Positions 9,944 through 19,761 are shown, counted from the first letter of the stretch. The stretch is DNA of 64,000 nt from Hydrurus foetidus (GCA_900617105.1 UYFQ01000312.1:1-64000); one strand, 5' to 3'. The notes: generated from the sequence alone by a model not told the origin. Translations and numbers: made by a program.

Positions 9944-10399
9944 ATGCCAATTTACAATGTACTAATCAATAGTAGGAATAGAGTGCCAACACTTACATCA
10001 TCATCAAATTCAACATACTATTTTAATTGGGGGGGTGTGCTTCCTGAAGGGCAGTATTTACTTCGTTGGGGTTTTACGTGTTCAGGAATCGATACAACAG
10101 TAAATAGTGTTGGTTTAGTATCAATTAATTTAGGTCAGAGTAGTGTGTATACAGCATCACCAACAAATGTGGGAGCATCAACGACAAATATAATTGGTTC
10201 TATTATTCCAAACGAAAATGATGCGAACAGTTTTTTGTATGGCGATTCCAACACGAATAATGTGATTTTTCTCGGTAATGCCCCGTCAGTAAATGAATTT
10301 ACAGTAAAAATAACATTTTTAGATGGTTCTCTATGGACTGATTCGAGAGGTCTCGAGATTCCTGAATACTTACTTGCTTTAAATTTCGAGAAAATATGA
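9944..10399 (+). CDS. Small penton-like (putative single jelly-roll) virion protein
   Basis: Beta-rich 151 aa with N-terminal INSRNR motif resembling the I(D/N)SxDR start of NCLDV/PLV penton-like proteins; fold is inferred. Confidence 0.6.
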   Translation: MPIYNVLINSRNRVPTLTSSSNSTYYFNWGGVLPEGQYLLRWGFTCSGIDTTVNSVGLVSINLGQSSVYTASPTNVGASTTNIIGSIIPNENDANSFLYGDSNTNNVIFLGNAPSVNEFTVKITFLDGSLWTDSRGLEIPEYLLALNFEKI

Positions 10400-10415
10400 A
10401 TAGGTATAGTATAGA

Positions 10416-11144
10416 ATGTCATCTTTTACATACAACCTACAGACAATGGCAGGACTGGAGAGTGTCAGTGATGGTGTTGCAACCTTGGAAAATGGAGTAT
10501 TAGAATGTGATAGGGTAATAGCAGATGATATTGAGACAAATAGTTTAAATACAATAAATTTGAGTGTACTGAATAACATTACAGCTGGTCAATCGGTTGC
10601 GATAGGGCGTGACGTAGCAGTCGGAAATAGTATTGTCTCTCCGAATTTGTACACAACAAAATTAGTATCAAGTATTTTGGAATGCAAAAAGTTAAAAACA
10701 GAAAATATTCATTTGTATAATAATTTACAATCATATGATGATACAAATGTGGGATATATAAAAACAGCAGTAACAGCATCATCATCATTATTATTTACAA
10801 ATACAAGTAAGAGTATCGTCTCTTTACCTTTACCAATAGGTGTATATACCATATCATATTGTTTTACTCTGGGATTATCAGGTGTGTCACTTCCATCACT
10901 ACATAGTTTATCTCATGGACTTTCTACAGATAATCAGAATTTTAATGTGATACAAAAAAAGAATTATCAAAACTTGGTGTATAACGACAGTTTATCTTAT
11001 GTAACATTTTACGAAACGGGATTTTTCCATATTACAGATTATAATAGTTTCTTGTATCTATTGATAAGACATAATACGGCAGTAAATACCTCGAGTAGAA
11101 TGCTTATAGAGAACGCCAAAATATCAGTATTACGAATAGCATAA
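10416..11144 (+). CDS. Putative virion structural/fiber-associated protein
   Basis: 242-aa ORF in the structural cluster with beta-rich C-terminal domain ending ...ISVLRIA; function inferred from context. Confidence 0.55.
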   Translation: MSSFTYNLQTMAGLESVSDGVATLENGVLECDRVIADDIETNSLNTINLSVLNNITAGQSVAIGRDVAVGNSIVSPNLYTTKLVSSILECKKLKTENIHLYNNLQSYDDTNVGYIKTAVTASSSLLFTNTSKSIVSLPLPIGVYTISYCFTLGLSGVSLPSLHSLSHGLSTDNQNFNVIQKKNYQNLVYNDSLSYVTFYETGFFHITDYNSFLYLLIRHNTAVNTSSRMLIENAKISVLRIA

Positions 11145-11176
11145 GTAATATTATTATATAACCTTATAGTAACATT

Positions 11177-12636
11177 ATGTCAAATATTTCAGCACTAAAT
11201 TTGGCAGTAAGCGGGACTTGTGGAATAAGTGGTGGTGTTAGTTTATCATCACCTCTAATAAGTGGATCATCTTGTTCTTATCAAGGTATTACAACAAGTA
11301 CATTGACTACAACAGGTGCCGTTCTTCATAACTCTCTACCAATATGCAATATATTGCCATCATTACCGAATCAATTAGTATCGAAAGGATATACTGACAC
11401 ACAGAATAATGCACAGTCAACTTTAATTCGTGATTTAGAAATACGAGCAACAGCAATAGAAGATTTAAATATAGTCCAAGATGATCGATTAATAGCAATA
11501 GAAGAATTGAATATAATCCAAGATACACGTCTCACAGATGTAGAAAACGAAAATATATCGCAAAATATATCAATAAGTGATATTCAGACAATTAATGATA
11601 ATCAAAATGCTAATATTACTGCGTTACAGATAGGAATACAGACACGTGCTACAGCAATTGAAACTGTGAATGCTAATCAGGCGACATCAATAACAGCAAT
11701 TGAGGGGGTCAATACCACACAGAATACGAATATCACTGCTCTACAGACACGTGCTACAGCAATAGAGGGGGTCAATACCACGCAGAATACGAATATTACA
11801 GCGTTACAGACACGTGCTACAGCGATTGAGGGGGTCAATACCACGCAGAATACGAATATTACAGCGTTACAGACACGTGCTACAGCGATTGAGGGGGTCA
11901 ATACCACGCAGAATACGAATATTACAGCGTTACAGACACGTGCTACAGCAATTGAGGGGGTCAATACCACGCAGAATACGAATATCACCGCTTTACAAAC
12001 ACGTGCTACAGCAATTGAGGGGGTCAATACCACGCAGAATACGAATATCACCGCTTTACAAACACGTGCTACAGCAATTGAGGGAGTAAATACGACTCAA
12101 GGGACAAATATCACTGCATTACAGACACGTGCTACAGCAATAGAGACAGTAAACACTAATCAAGACGCAGTAAATACCACTCAAAATACAAATATCACGG
12201 CTTTGCAACAGAAAACGACTCCTATTGTATACACAACCCCCGTAGCGGGTGCATTAACATCATTAACGTCATCATTAGACATACTACCTTATGTATCAAG
12301 TACATTCTTAAAAGTTTATAATATTAACAATCAAGCGATTACTTGTTTAGGACAGGCGATTTTTGGTGGCTTAGGTCTCATAACATCACGATTACAATTA
12401 GGTAATTTTGGGACGATTATGACTGGAATGTCTTTTGGTAATACTTTAAGCGTCGTTGGAAATAACGTGGTGAATTTTCCAGCATCAACATTTTCAGGAG
12501 CAGTTGTACCAAGAGTGCTAATTAGTCCATCAGGGAATGGTGTTTTTTTGTAGTCAGCAGAACCCTTATATCATTTACTTATTCCGCATCAGTAGCGGGT
12601 GTGAATGTAGATTGGATCGCATTACAGTCAGTTTAA
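11177..12636 (+). CDS. Coiled-coil fiber protein with C-terminal receptor-binding-like domain (probable frameshift at T7 run 12543-12549)
   Basis: 21-aa heptad repeats. The called ORF stops at 12553, but the shifted frame continues VVSRTLISFTYSASVAGVNVDWIALQSV*, completing a V.F...F...P.V.../WIA tail-fiber or H-lectin-like tip. Confidence 0.72.
11640..12210 (+). repeat. 63-bp coding tandem repeat (TRATAIEGVNTTQNTNITALQ), ~7 core copies plus degenerate flanks
   Basis: Directly visible in DNA and protein. Confidence 0.95.
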
Positions 12637-12657
12637 ATATCAATATATCACATACAA

Positions 12658-12888
12658 ATGACACAATTCATTGAGTCATCTAATTCTATAACAGTAATAA
12701 CTCTAACATTCGGTTTTGTATCAATGGCGTTAATCACAATAACAACGTGTATTTTCAAGGTGAAGTGTCGAGAGTGTGTTTTAGGGTGTTGTAAAATTAC
12801 CCGTGATGTATCAGCAGAAAACTTGGAATTGGAGATAGAGAGCAGAACTAATCGTAAAGATAATATACCCCCGCCATCAATCGTTTAG
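12658..12888 (+). CDS. Small membrane protein with Cys cluster
   Basis: Hydrophobic segment followed by CIFKVKCRECVLGCCKITRD. Confidence 0.65.
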   Translation: MTQFIESSNSITVITLTFGFVSMALITITTCIFKVKCRECVLGCCKITRDVSAENLELEIESRTNRKDNIPPPSIV

Positions 12889-12934
12889 TTTTAGCATTAT
12901 ATTAATATGTTTTAATATAATATACACAGAAAAA

Positions 12935-13204
12935 ATGGGCTTTTGGGGTAAAATTCTCGGAAATGTTGCTGGTGGTTTAGGATCTAAGGTGCTTCCACTA
13001 CAGGGGGTAAATGGCGGTGAAATCGGTGCCTCAATCGGAAACTTGCTTCCTTTCAAGAATGGAGGTGCAGTAGGTGGAAAGAAAGGTAAGGCGAAGGTTA
13101 TTCTTGCCCATGGAGGTGAGTATGTTCTTCCAGCAAATGCTAAGCCAACAAAGGCACAAAAAGCAATTGTTGCACGAAACAAGAAAAATGCAAAAAAGAA
13201 GTAA
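12935..13204 (+). CDS. Small Gly-rich basic protein, putative virion core or membrane-active protein
   Basis: MG start, amphipathic GFWGKILGNVAGGLG, several GG motifs, Lys-rich tail. Confidence 0.65.
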   Translation: MGFWGKILGNVAGGLGSKVLPLQGVNGGEIGASIGNLLPFKNGGAVGGKKGKAKVILAHGGEYVLPANAKPTKAQKAIVARNKKNAKKK

Positions 13205-13240
13205 AGCATAACACATTATAAAATAATACATAAAAATATC

Positions 13241-13765
13241 TTATAATGTCAAACCACTTGTGTTTTTTTTTTTTTCTAACCTCTTTTCCCGTGCCTTTTG
13301 GTTACGAAGTAATCGACGTGTTTCTATCTCGTCTGGGGTTAATGGGTGTTGGGCCCGTGTTCGTCTTGCTATTGGAGTAGTAATATCATCAGGTGTTTTG
13401 TATGAGTCAGCAAGATTCACAGCAACTTTATCTGTTGTTTTTTTGCTTTGAATTGGTCTTCTTACTTTAATAAACACTGTTTCGGGATATGTTGACTGTA
13501 TTCCTATTTCATTTGTTGTTTTTACTGGAGTTATTACAGGTTCAAATGCTGGTAGTTGTACAGCAGGGGCATTAAAAATCACTGGTGGAGAAGGTTCACT
13601 TTGTAAAGTAATATACTGTGGTTGTTGGCGATAAGCCGGTTGTGGTGAAGTCCTTTTTGCCCTTGCTTTGGAGGTGTTAATATTTACTACGACGCTTTGT
13701 GATTGTTTCTGTTTCTGCTTCAACCCCTTTTTAGATGGTTTTTTGGAAATCTTCTTCTTTGCCAT
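13241..13765 (-). CDS. Basic putative core/DNA-binding protein
   Basis: Lys-rich N-terminus with KQKQKQSQSVVVNI motif; Arg/Lys-rich C-terminus. Confidence 0.65.
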   Translation of the reverse strand: MAKKKISKKPSKKGLKQKQKQSQSVVVNINTSKARAKRTSPQPAYRQQPQYITLQSEPSPPVIFNAPAVQLPAFEPVITPVKTTNEIGIQSTYPETVFIKVRRPIQSKKTTDKVAVNLADSYKTPDDITTPIARRTRAQHPLTPDEIETRRLLRNQKAREKRLEKKKNTSGLTL

Positions 13766-13781
13766 TTACAATACCAATACA

Positions 13782-14471
13782 TTAAAATAAACGACTAAAA
13801 CTGTTTTTAAAAAATTCAGGTATATCACGATTTAGTACATTATTAAACTTCATGTTGCTTGTAGAAAATAAACTATATCCAGTGCTTGGTTTTTGTAAAA
13901 GTTCATTACTTTGTATCTTATCTATTGCAGTAGTAGCAACTGCTCCGACATCAGTGGTAGTATTCACAATTTTACGGAATTGGGGATTTCCTTCAAATAA
14001 CTGTCTTGTGTCCTGTAAAACGAACTTCTCAAGAGCATCTGTATTTAACCCGTTTGATATTAAAATAGAAATAATGTAGTCCTGACAATTATTATCAGCC
14101 CCCTTATAAGAATAGTAAGACCCGCCCATTTTGCTTTTAGTTTTTGAAAGCATATCATTGAGAGTTAAACCAGCGTTTATTGGAACTGCAAGAGTTTCCG
14201 TTCCTTTACCTAATTTTGTGAATTTGTAAATTTGTATCACTTCGTTCTTCTCAACCACAAAAGAACCATTTTTAGTTTGAACAACCATAAAGAGATGATA
14301 CAAAGTGTCGTAATCAGTATTTTCCATTTTTTTCTCCAACTGTCCTCGTGATGTGATATTGAGTAGGAATTTTAATACTTTTGACAGCGGGGTTCGATTA
14401 ACCGTTATTTTCGTGATTTGGTCGTCTCCTATCCTGTTGATAATCTTCTGTACAGAGTTTAAATATGACAT
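13782..14471 (-). CDS. Permuted papain-like (PPPDE/LRAT-like) cysteine protease, putative maturation protease
   Basis: His before Cys: LYHLFMVV...VEKNEVI...Y...NNCQDYI. Start taken at MSYLNS (14471) to avoid overlap with the divergent minor capsid gene. Confidence 0.7.
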   Translation of the reverse strand: MSYLNSVQKIINRIGDDQITKITVNRTPLSKVLKFLLNITSRGQLEKKMENTDYDTLYHLFMVVQTKNGSFVVEKNEVIQIYKFTKLGKGTETLAVPINAGLTLNDMLSKTKSKMGGSYYSYKGADNNCQDYIISILISNGLNTDALEKFVLQDTRQLFEGNPQFRKIVNTTTDVGAVATTAIDKIQSNELLQKPSTGYSLFSTSNMKFNNVLNRDIPEFFKNSFSRLF

Positions 14472-14496
14472 ATTATAGTATAAGAGAACATAAAAA

Positions 14497-15441
14497 ATGA
14501 TGACAGTTGAAGATACTCGGTACATATCCATCAACACTCAACATTGTATCAAAAAACCAAGTAGTGGCTCCGGAAATACTTTATACGAATCTTCCTTTTT
14601 ATCGCAAATATCATTTGATTTAAAAAACGTTTTAAAAGATGATGATGATATACTGTATTCGCATGTTGATATAATCAATGCACAGATTCCCGTGTCATTT
14701 TACCTTATCAATTACACAACAAATGTATTAGCATATAAAATAAATAGTGGTGTGATACAACTGATGACAATAGAGCGTGGAAATTACAATATTACGTCGC
14801 TTATGAGTGTAATCAAGCAGGGGTTTTTAAACGCAGGATATGCATTTACAATAACATTTAATAAGGTTACAGGTAAATTGTTATTTGTATCACCCATCGG
14901 AACAACCTTTACGATATTATCCAGTAATTCAGGCGGAACTATAAATGAGATTATCGGTTTTGATTCTGTGTCTTCTTACATATCAACAGGTAATAGTTTA
15001 AACGCCGAACATCCTGCCAGTTTAATCGGTATTAAGAAATTAAAAATTAGTTCTTCCGCTTTACATACAAGTAGTTTATCTAGTGGTGGAGGGGGGGATT
15101 TACTCGGAATTATACCTGTGAATTCTGTAGCAACAGGATTGATACTATATGAAAATAATAGTTCAAAAAAAGGAGGTTTAATGAGAAATAAGGAAATATC
15201 AAATATTGACATTACAATTACAGATGAAAATAACCGCTATATAAACTTCAATAATGTAGAGTATAGCATTACTCTGGGAATTACAACAACACGTATTTTA
15301 AAAGAAAGAATTAATTCTCTATTTAGGGATTCAACACAACAAATACTTGATACAAAGCAACCACAAAATGTAGAAACAAATACTGGTGGAGATGAAAATG
15401 ATTTAGATTATTTTATGTATAAGCACGGGATACAAATATAA
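14497..15441 (+). CDS. Minor capsid (penton) protein
   Basis: NAQIPVSFYLIN, GNY, LLGIIPV, IDITITDE...INFNNVEYSITL pattern of PLV/Polinton minor capsid proteins; directly upstream of the MCP. Confidence 0.8.
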   Translation: MMTVEDTRYISINTQHCIKKPSSGSGNTLYESSFLSQISFDLKNVLKDDDDILYSHVDIINAQIPVSFYLINYTTNVLAYKINSGVIQLMTIERGNYNITSLMSVIKQGFLNAGYAFTITFNKVTGKLLFVSPIGTTFTILSSNSGGTINEIIGFDSVSSYISTGNSLNAEHPASLIGIKKLKISSSALHTSSLSSGGGGDLLGIIPVNSVATGLILYENNSSKKGGLMRNKEISNIDITITDENNRYINFNNVEYSITLGITTTRILKERINSLFRDSTQQILDTKQPQNVETNTGGDENDLDYFMYKHGIQI

Positions 15442-15488
15442 TGCGTTTTTATTCAAATTAATCTCTTTTGATACACTATACTTAAAGA

Positions 15489-16814
15489 ATGAGTTTAATG
15501 CTTCCAAAAGAGATTAATTACGACCTTCCTGTCTCACTTCCATCTGGCGTCCAGACATTTGATATTAACGTCCTTCCTGTGAATGGAACAAGTTTCAGTT
15601 GTGCTACGGCGGGAGCTTACGTCCAGTTCGATCTACCTGCACGTGCTGGATATATGGACGGTAAAACCCTCGCCCTCCGTTATAAATATACTTGTGTTTC
15701 TACGGGTGTGACTCGTATCCGTGCTTGTCCTTTCTTTACCCCTATTCTCCGTCTTGAAACCATCTTCGGATCTCAGCCAGTCCAGAACATAAATGAGTAC
15801 GGTCAACTTCAGAATATGCTTATTAACCTGACGCATAACGTGGCGGACAAAATTGGTAGTGTGACGGGTTACGGTTGGGCTCTCGAAGGTGCTGATAAGG
15901 TACATACATGGCAGTCGACTGATGGACGTTCTTGCGGACAAAATGAGACGGGTTCGTTTTGGGGTCCACTGAAGGGGTGTATTCTATCCGAGGCGGATAG
16001 GTATATACCAACAGGAATGATGCCAAATATCCGTATTCAACTTACTCTTGATTCCATTGCCAACATCTTTGCTCCTCCATTGGCTGCTGCAGTAACACTA
16101 AATCTTGAAACAGGTACTCCAGTTTCAAGTGCAACAGTAACGCCAACTGATTTTACCTTGAGCGATTTTGTGCTTTCTTACAGCCAAATTGACTTTGGTA
16201 CTGAAGTAGACAATGCTGTTCGTTCTATGGGTGAGAAAATTACAATTAAGAGTCAATCTTTCAATAGTTCATCTAACCCTATCAACTCAGGAACAGCAGG
16301 TCAGTTTGAGTTGATTTACTCACAGAAAATGGCATCCGTTAAATCACTTTTCCTTCATTGTGGTTCAGGTTCTCAGAACGGTAAATTTGATGCATTCGAA
16401 ATTACATCTGGTGGTGATGTTCAGTTTAGTATAGCATCTCGTCTTTATCCACAGAGTCGTCCACTTTCGTCAGCAGTAGCTTCTCGTGGTACGCTTTTCT
16501 TGGAATTGAAGAAGGCCGTGGGCAGTTTATATAACAAGCATAACAGCATGAGTATTAACCAGCAAGAGTATTTGACCCTAGGAACTGCATCAACCGTAGT
16601 AAATCCTGCCAAGGTTTATTACGCAGTGAATACCGAACAAATCCAGTCGAATTCCGTTCTTTTGAGTGGGGTTAGTACTCAAAATTCCCCCGTGACCGTT
16701 CGATTAAACATAGCTACTCCGACGGCGTTTCCCGTGTCAGCAACTCTGATAAGTGCGTTTGATGTTCTAATTGAGATAGATCCAAGTGAGAAATCAGCCC
16801 GTGTAATCCAGTAA
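15489..16814 (+). CDS. Major capsid protein (putative double jelly-roll)
   Basis: 441 aa, beta-rich, PVNGTSF...VQFDLP...GYMDGKTLALRY N-terminal pattern typical of PLV MCPs; position after the penton. Confidence 0.85.
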   Translation: MSLMLPKEINYDLPVSLPSGVQTFDINVLPVNGTSFSCATAGAYVQFDLPARAGYMDGKTLALRYKYTCVSTGVTRIRACPFFTPILRLETIFGSQPVQNINEYGQLQNMLINLTHNVADKIGSVTGYGWALEGADKVHTWQSTDGRSCGQNETGSFWGPLKGCILSEADRYIPTGMMPNIRIQLTLDSIANIFAPPLAAAVTLNLETGTPVSSATVTPTDFTLSDFVLSYSQIDFGTEVDNAVRSMGEKITIKSQSFNSSSNPINSGTAGQFELIYSQKMASVKSLFLHCGSGSQNGKFDAFEITSGGDVQFSIASRLYPQSRPLSSAVASRGTLFLELKKAVGSLYNKHNSMSINQQEYLTLGTASTVVNPAKVYYAVNTEQIQSNSVLLSGVSTQNSPVTVRLNIATPTAFPVSATLISAFDVLIEIDPSEKSARVIQ

Positions 16815-16873
16815 AAGAATGGTCTGTAAATATATGGAAAAAGGGTCTTGAAAAGGGTATATAATATAATACT

Positions 16874-17046
16874 CAATAATAAGGTAGCGGGTAACGGATA
16901 AAAGAGGTTTAAAATCAATGAACACTGAAAAATAAAATGGATACTATGAAATTTGGAAATTATAGCAAAGTATCCTAGCATCCTATAATTTACCTACGAT
17001 GGGGTTTAAACCTACCCGCTACCCGCTACCCGCTACCTTGTTATTG
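16874..17046. repeat. 20-bp inverted repeat with TACCCGC x3 iterons
   Basis: CAATAATAAGGTAGCGGGTA (16874-16893) vs TACCCGCTACCTTGTTATTG (17027-17046), one mismatch. Confidence 0.8.
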
Positions 17047-17056
17047 GGAATACTTA

Positions 17057-17433
17057 TGTATTTTTTAAACCCCCGCCAGAGTAAAAAAACGTGATTTTGC
17101 TATGTTTTTATGGCAATTTTTGGCGTTTTTACGAGAAAATGTAAGAGAAATATGATACAAAAAAATGACTGCTAAAATGGTGTAAAGATATTATGATTTA
17201 TAAGAGACATAAAAATGATATTGTGAGAAAAAAAAGGAAAAATGAAGAAGTATTTTTACTGCTAAAATGGAGTAAATATACAATATGTAAAAAATTATAA
17301 AATAGAGGCGTTATAATTATAACGTAAGAAAAGGGTATAAAAACGTTACATTTTCTCGTAAAAACGCCAAAAATTGCCATAAAAACATAGCAAAATCACG
17401 TTTTTTTACTCTGGCGGGGGTTTAAAAAATACA
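17057..17433. repeat. Perfect 88-bp inverted repeat with 201-bp spacer at the viral terminus
   Basis: 17057-17144 is the reverse complement of 17346-17433; spacer holds two ACTGCTAAAATGG copies. Confidence 0.93.
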
Positions 17434-17489
17434 CCTCAGGGAACAAGTTCCAGGTTCTTCCCGTGTGTTCCGTGTGTGATGTGTAGGAG

Positions 17490-19761
17490 TGGTGGCTAGG
17501 CTAGTTTTCCGCTAGCCCAGCCGTAGCCCATGGCTACGGCTAAATGCAGGCTGAATTCCAAAAATAAAGCTAGCCAGTCTACTAAGGCTGGCTAACTTCC
17601 TCTACTTCTCTGGCTGGCTAATATTCTTCTGACAGTTAGCCACATTTGACATATTTTGACTATCCTGCCCGTGGTTTCATATACGCATATTAATGAAATA
17701 TTCCTAAGTAATAAAAAATTGAAAGGTTGGAATCGCATCCACGATCCTGATTGATCGGACTCTCAATATTCAAGATTTTACCGGAGACAATCTCGACTAT
17801 TCACATGCACTTTGCACATTGCACATTGCACATTGCACATTGCACATTGCACATTGCACATTGGACATCGTACATCAAGGATAGCATTGAAGGACGCATT
17901 AGCAGTCCTTAAAGAGGAAAATGACGTCTTCTAGCACCAATCCAAGGCTACTAATTTGCGAAGGTCGGGATTGTTCTGACACTATTTACGACGGCTGCAA
18001 TGACTGCAACAAAGCGTTTTGTTTCAACTGCATCGATGTACACTTTTGCTCAGGTCGCTCACAGACAACGGGCTCATCAGCAGAAATGTCCACCTCCGAC
18101 ATGGCACCTGTAGAAACTCCTCCAATCCAAAAGATAAATTCGTTATTTACGCCGATAGCTTCAGTTAGAAATCCACCGCCTCAAACCAAGGCAGCATTAT
18201 ACTAAATGTGGTGCAGGATATTGTTACGAGGTGGTGGTCGACTTATGCTGTGCTTGAAACACCGAGGTCATGGTCCGTGAACAATTGCTACATTCCAGTA
18301 CGAGTCTCACAAGCGAGGAGTCGATTATTGTCGAGGACATCTGCGCAATACTTGCATCTTTCAAGTACCTGCAAAAGGCGACGGAGGGAGAGAAAAATGT
18401 CACTATCAGCCTTATTCCAGGTATAATCAGCAGTATCTTCTTTACAATTGTATGCTTGACAAAACTACGAGCTTGACTGATAGACGCCGACACTACCCAC
18501 TCTATAGGACTGATAAATCAGATGAGGATTGGACTTCAGAGCGTAATAAGCGATACGACGACAAGTCGCGCAGCATTTGCGGTAGCCTCAAAAATTAGTG
18601 CCAAATTTAAGGAGGAATTCGGATCGGAAATAGCTGGAACAGTTTTTACCGATCACATACAAGGTGGTCCATCCAAGAGATTACGTGGGTAGCAGTTCAG
18701 CCCTTGATGCACCTACAAAGAGTCTCGTCGTTAATCGTCATCATTGTAATAAAATAAAACGTTTAAATGTGTGTTCTGACTTGACTTGTCATTTAATTAG
18801 GTATACCTTCGGCGGAAGATGATCGCGATCAGGTGTGGTTAACTCTTTAGAAGCTTATGATAGATCACTGGATAGTAGATTTCACTCGGCTTTCTCATGA
18901 GCAGGCCTTCGTTGCTCAACCTGCCGCACATGTACAGCTTCCAACCGATTTCGACCCAAGGGGGGAAGAAGATGAAAATCGAGTTCCATCAGGACCTCCA
19001 TCCATCAACATGAACGAGATCCGTTGGAAGGTCGAGAAAGAATTAAAGGAATATACAGGTTCCAAGATTGGATATGAGGGTAATAGTGGTGTGGCATCCT
19101 GCCTTGTACGAACATCCTGTTCTACCATTCCGCTGCAAAAGGGAGGGCCCCCGCTTTTGCAGCGGAATGGTAGAACAGGATGTTCGTACAAGGCAGGATG
19201 CCACAGTGGAGGATGGTTCGAAAGGCGACTTCATCGATCCTCTAAAATGGTGGCAAACTCACACACTATCTTTTCCTACTTTGAGTGTAATAGCTCGGAA
19301 ATATCTATGCATTCCAGCTACTTCAGCTCCGTCTGAGAGAGTCTTTTCGGTTGCAGGGCTAGCCATATCGAAATAGCGATCTAAGCTCAACAGCGAAAAC
19401 GCATCTTGCCTTATATTTCTAAGAGGTAATTGGGACATCTACGAAAAAATTAAAGGTAACTGGGAGTCTTTTTAAGACAACTTTTCTTGTAATCTCACAA
19501 AACTCACCTTTGCTTGTATCCTCTTCTTTTTAATTTGCGATGTATCATTAACTAAAATACACAATATCTAACATATTCGTCGCTCGTTTCTGTAATTCAA
19601 TCAATTATATCGTATTTGGGCTGCCTTTGTGGCTAACTTTCCTGTGACGGAGTCGGGCTAAAGGCAAGGCTAAAACTTTCGACTGGGCTAGTAGCCTGGG
19701 CTGCGGGCTAGCCGTTTACACGGTATGTGAGGCTGACTATCAAAATGATGACTAGCCACCA
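17490..19761 (+). mobile_element. Degenerate hAT DNA transposon
   Basis: TGGTGGCTAG / CTAGCCACCA inverted ends, many GGCTA subterminal motifs, fragments QDIVTRWWSTY and dimerization domain DPLKWW...[26 protein letters not shown] with stops and frameshifts. Confidence 0.85.
19090..19205. mobile_element. 116-bp hairpin element (52-bp perfect arms, TGT...ACA, GTGG TSD)
   Basis: 19090-19141 is the reverse complement of 19154-19205; GTGG at 19086-19089 and 19206-19209. Confidence 0.9.

Larger units (their letters stand above)
1..17433. mobile_element. Endogenous Polinton-like virus / virophage-like element (right part; left end lies outside the window)
   Basis: Dense, intronless, AT-rich gene cluster with packaging ATPase, minor and major capsid-like proteins, protease-like and fiber-like genes, MTase and GIY-YIG-like gene. 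It ends in an inverted-repeat-rich non-coding terminus (...AAAAAATACA at 17433). No polB or element-encoded integrase is seen in the window. Confidence 0.9.

Noticed and set aside
11677..12089. Alternative-frame repeat ORFs (124 aa minus, 91 aa plus)
   Set aside because: Shadows of the 63-bp fiber repeat.
17057..17433. Independent MITE
   Set aside because: Flanks (TACTTA / CCTCAG) show no target-site duplication; better explained as viral terminus, though not excluded.
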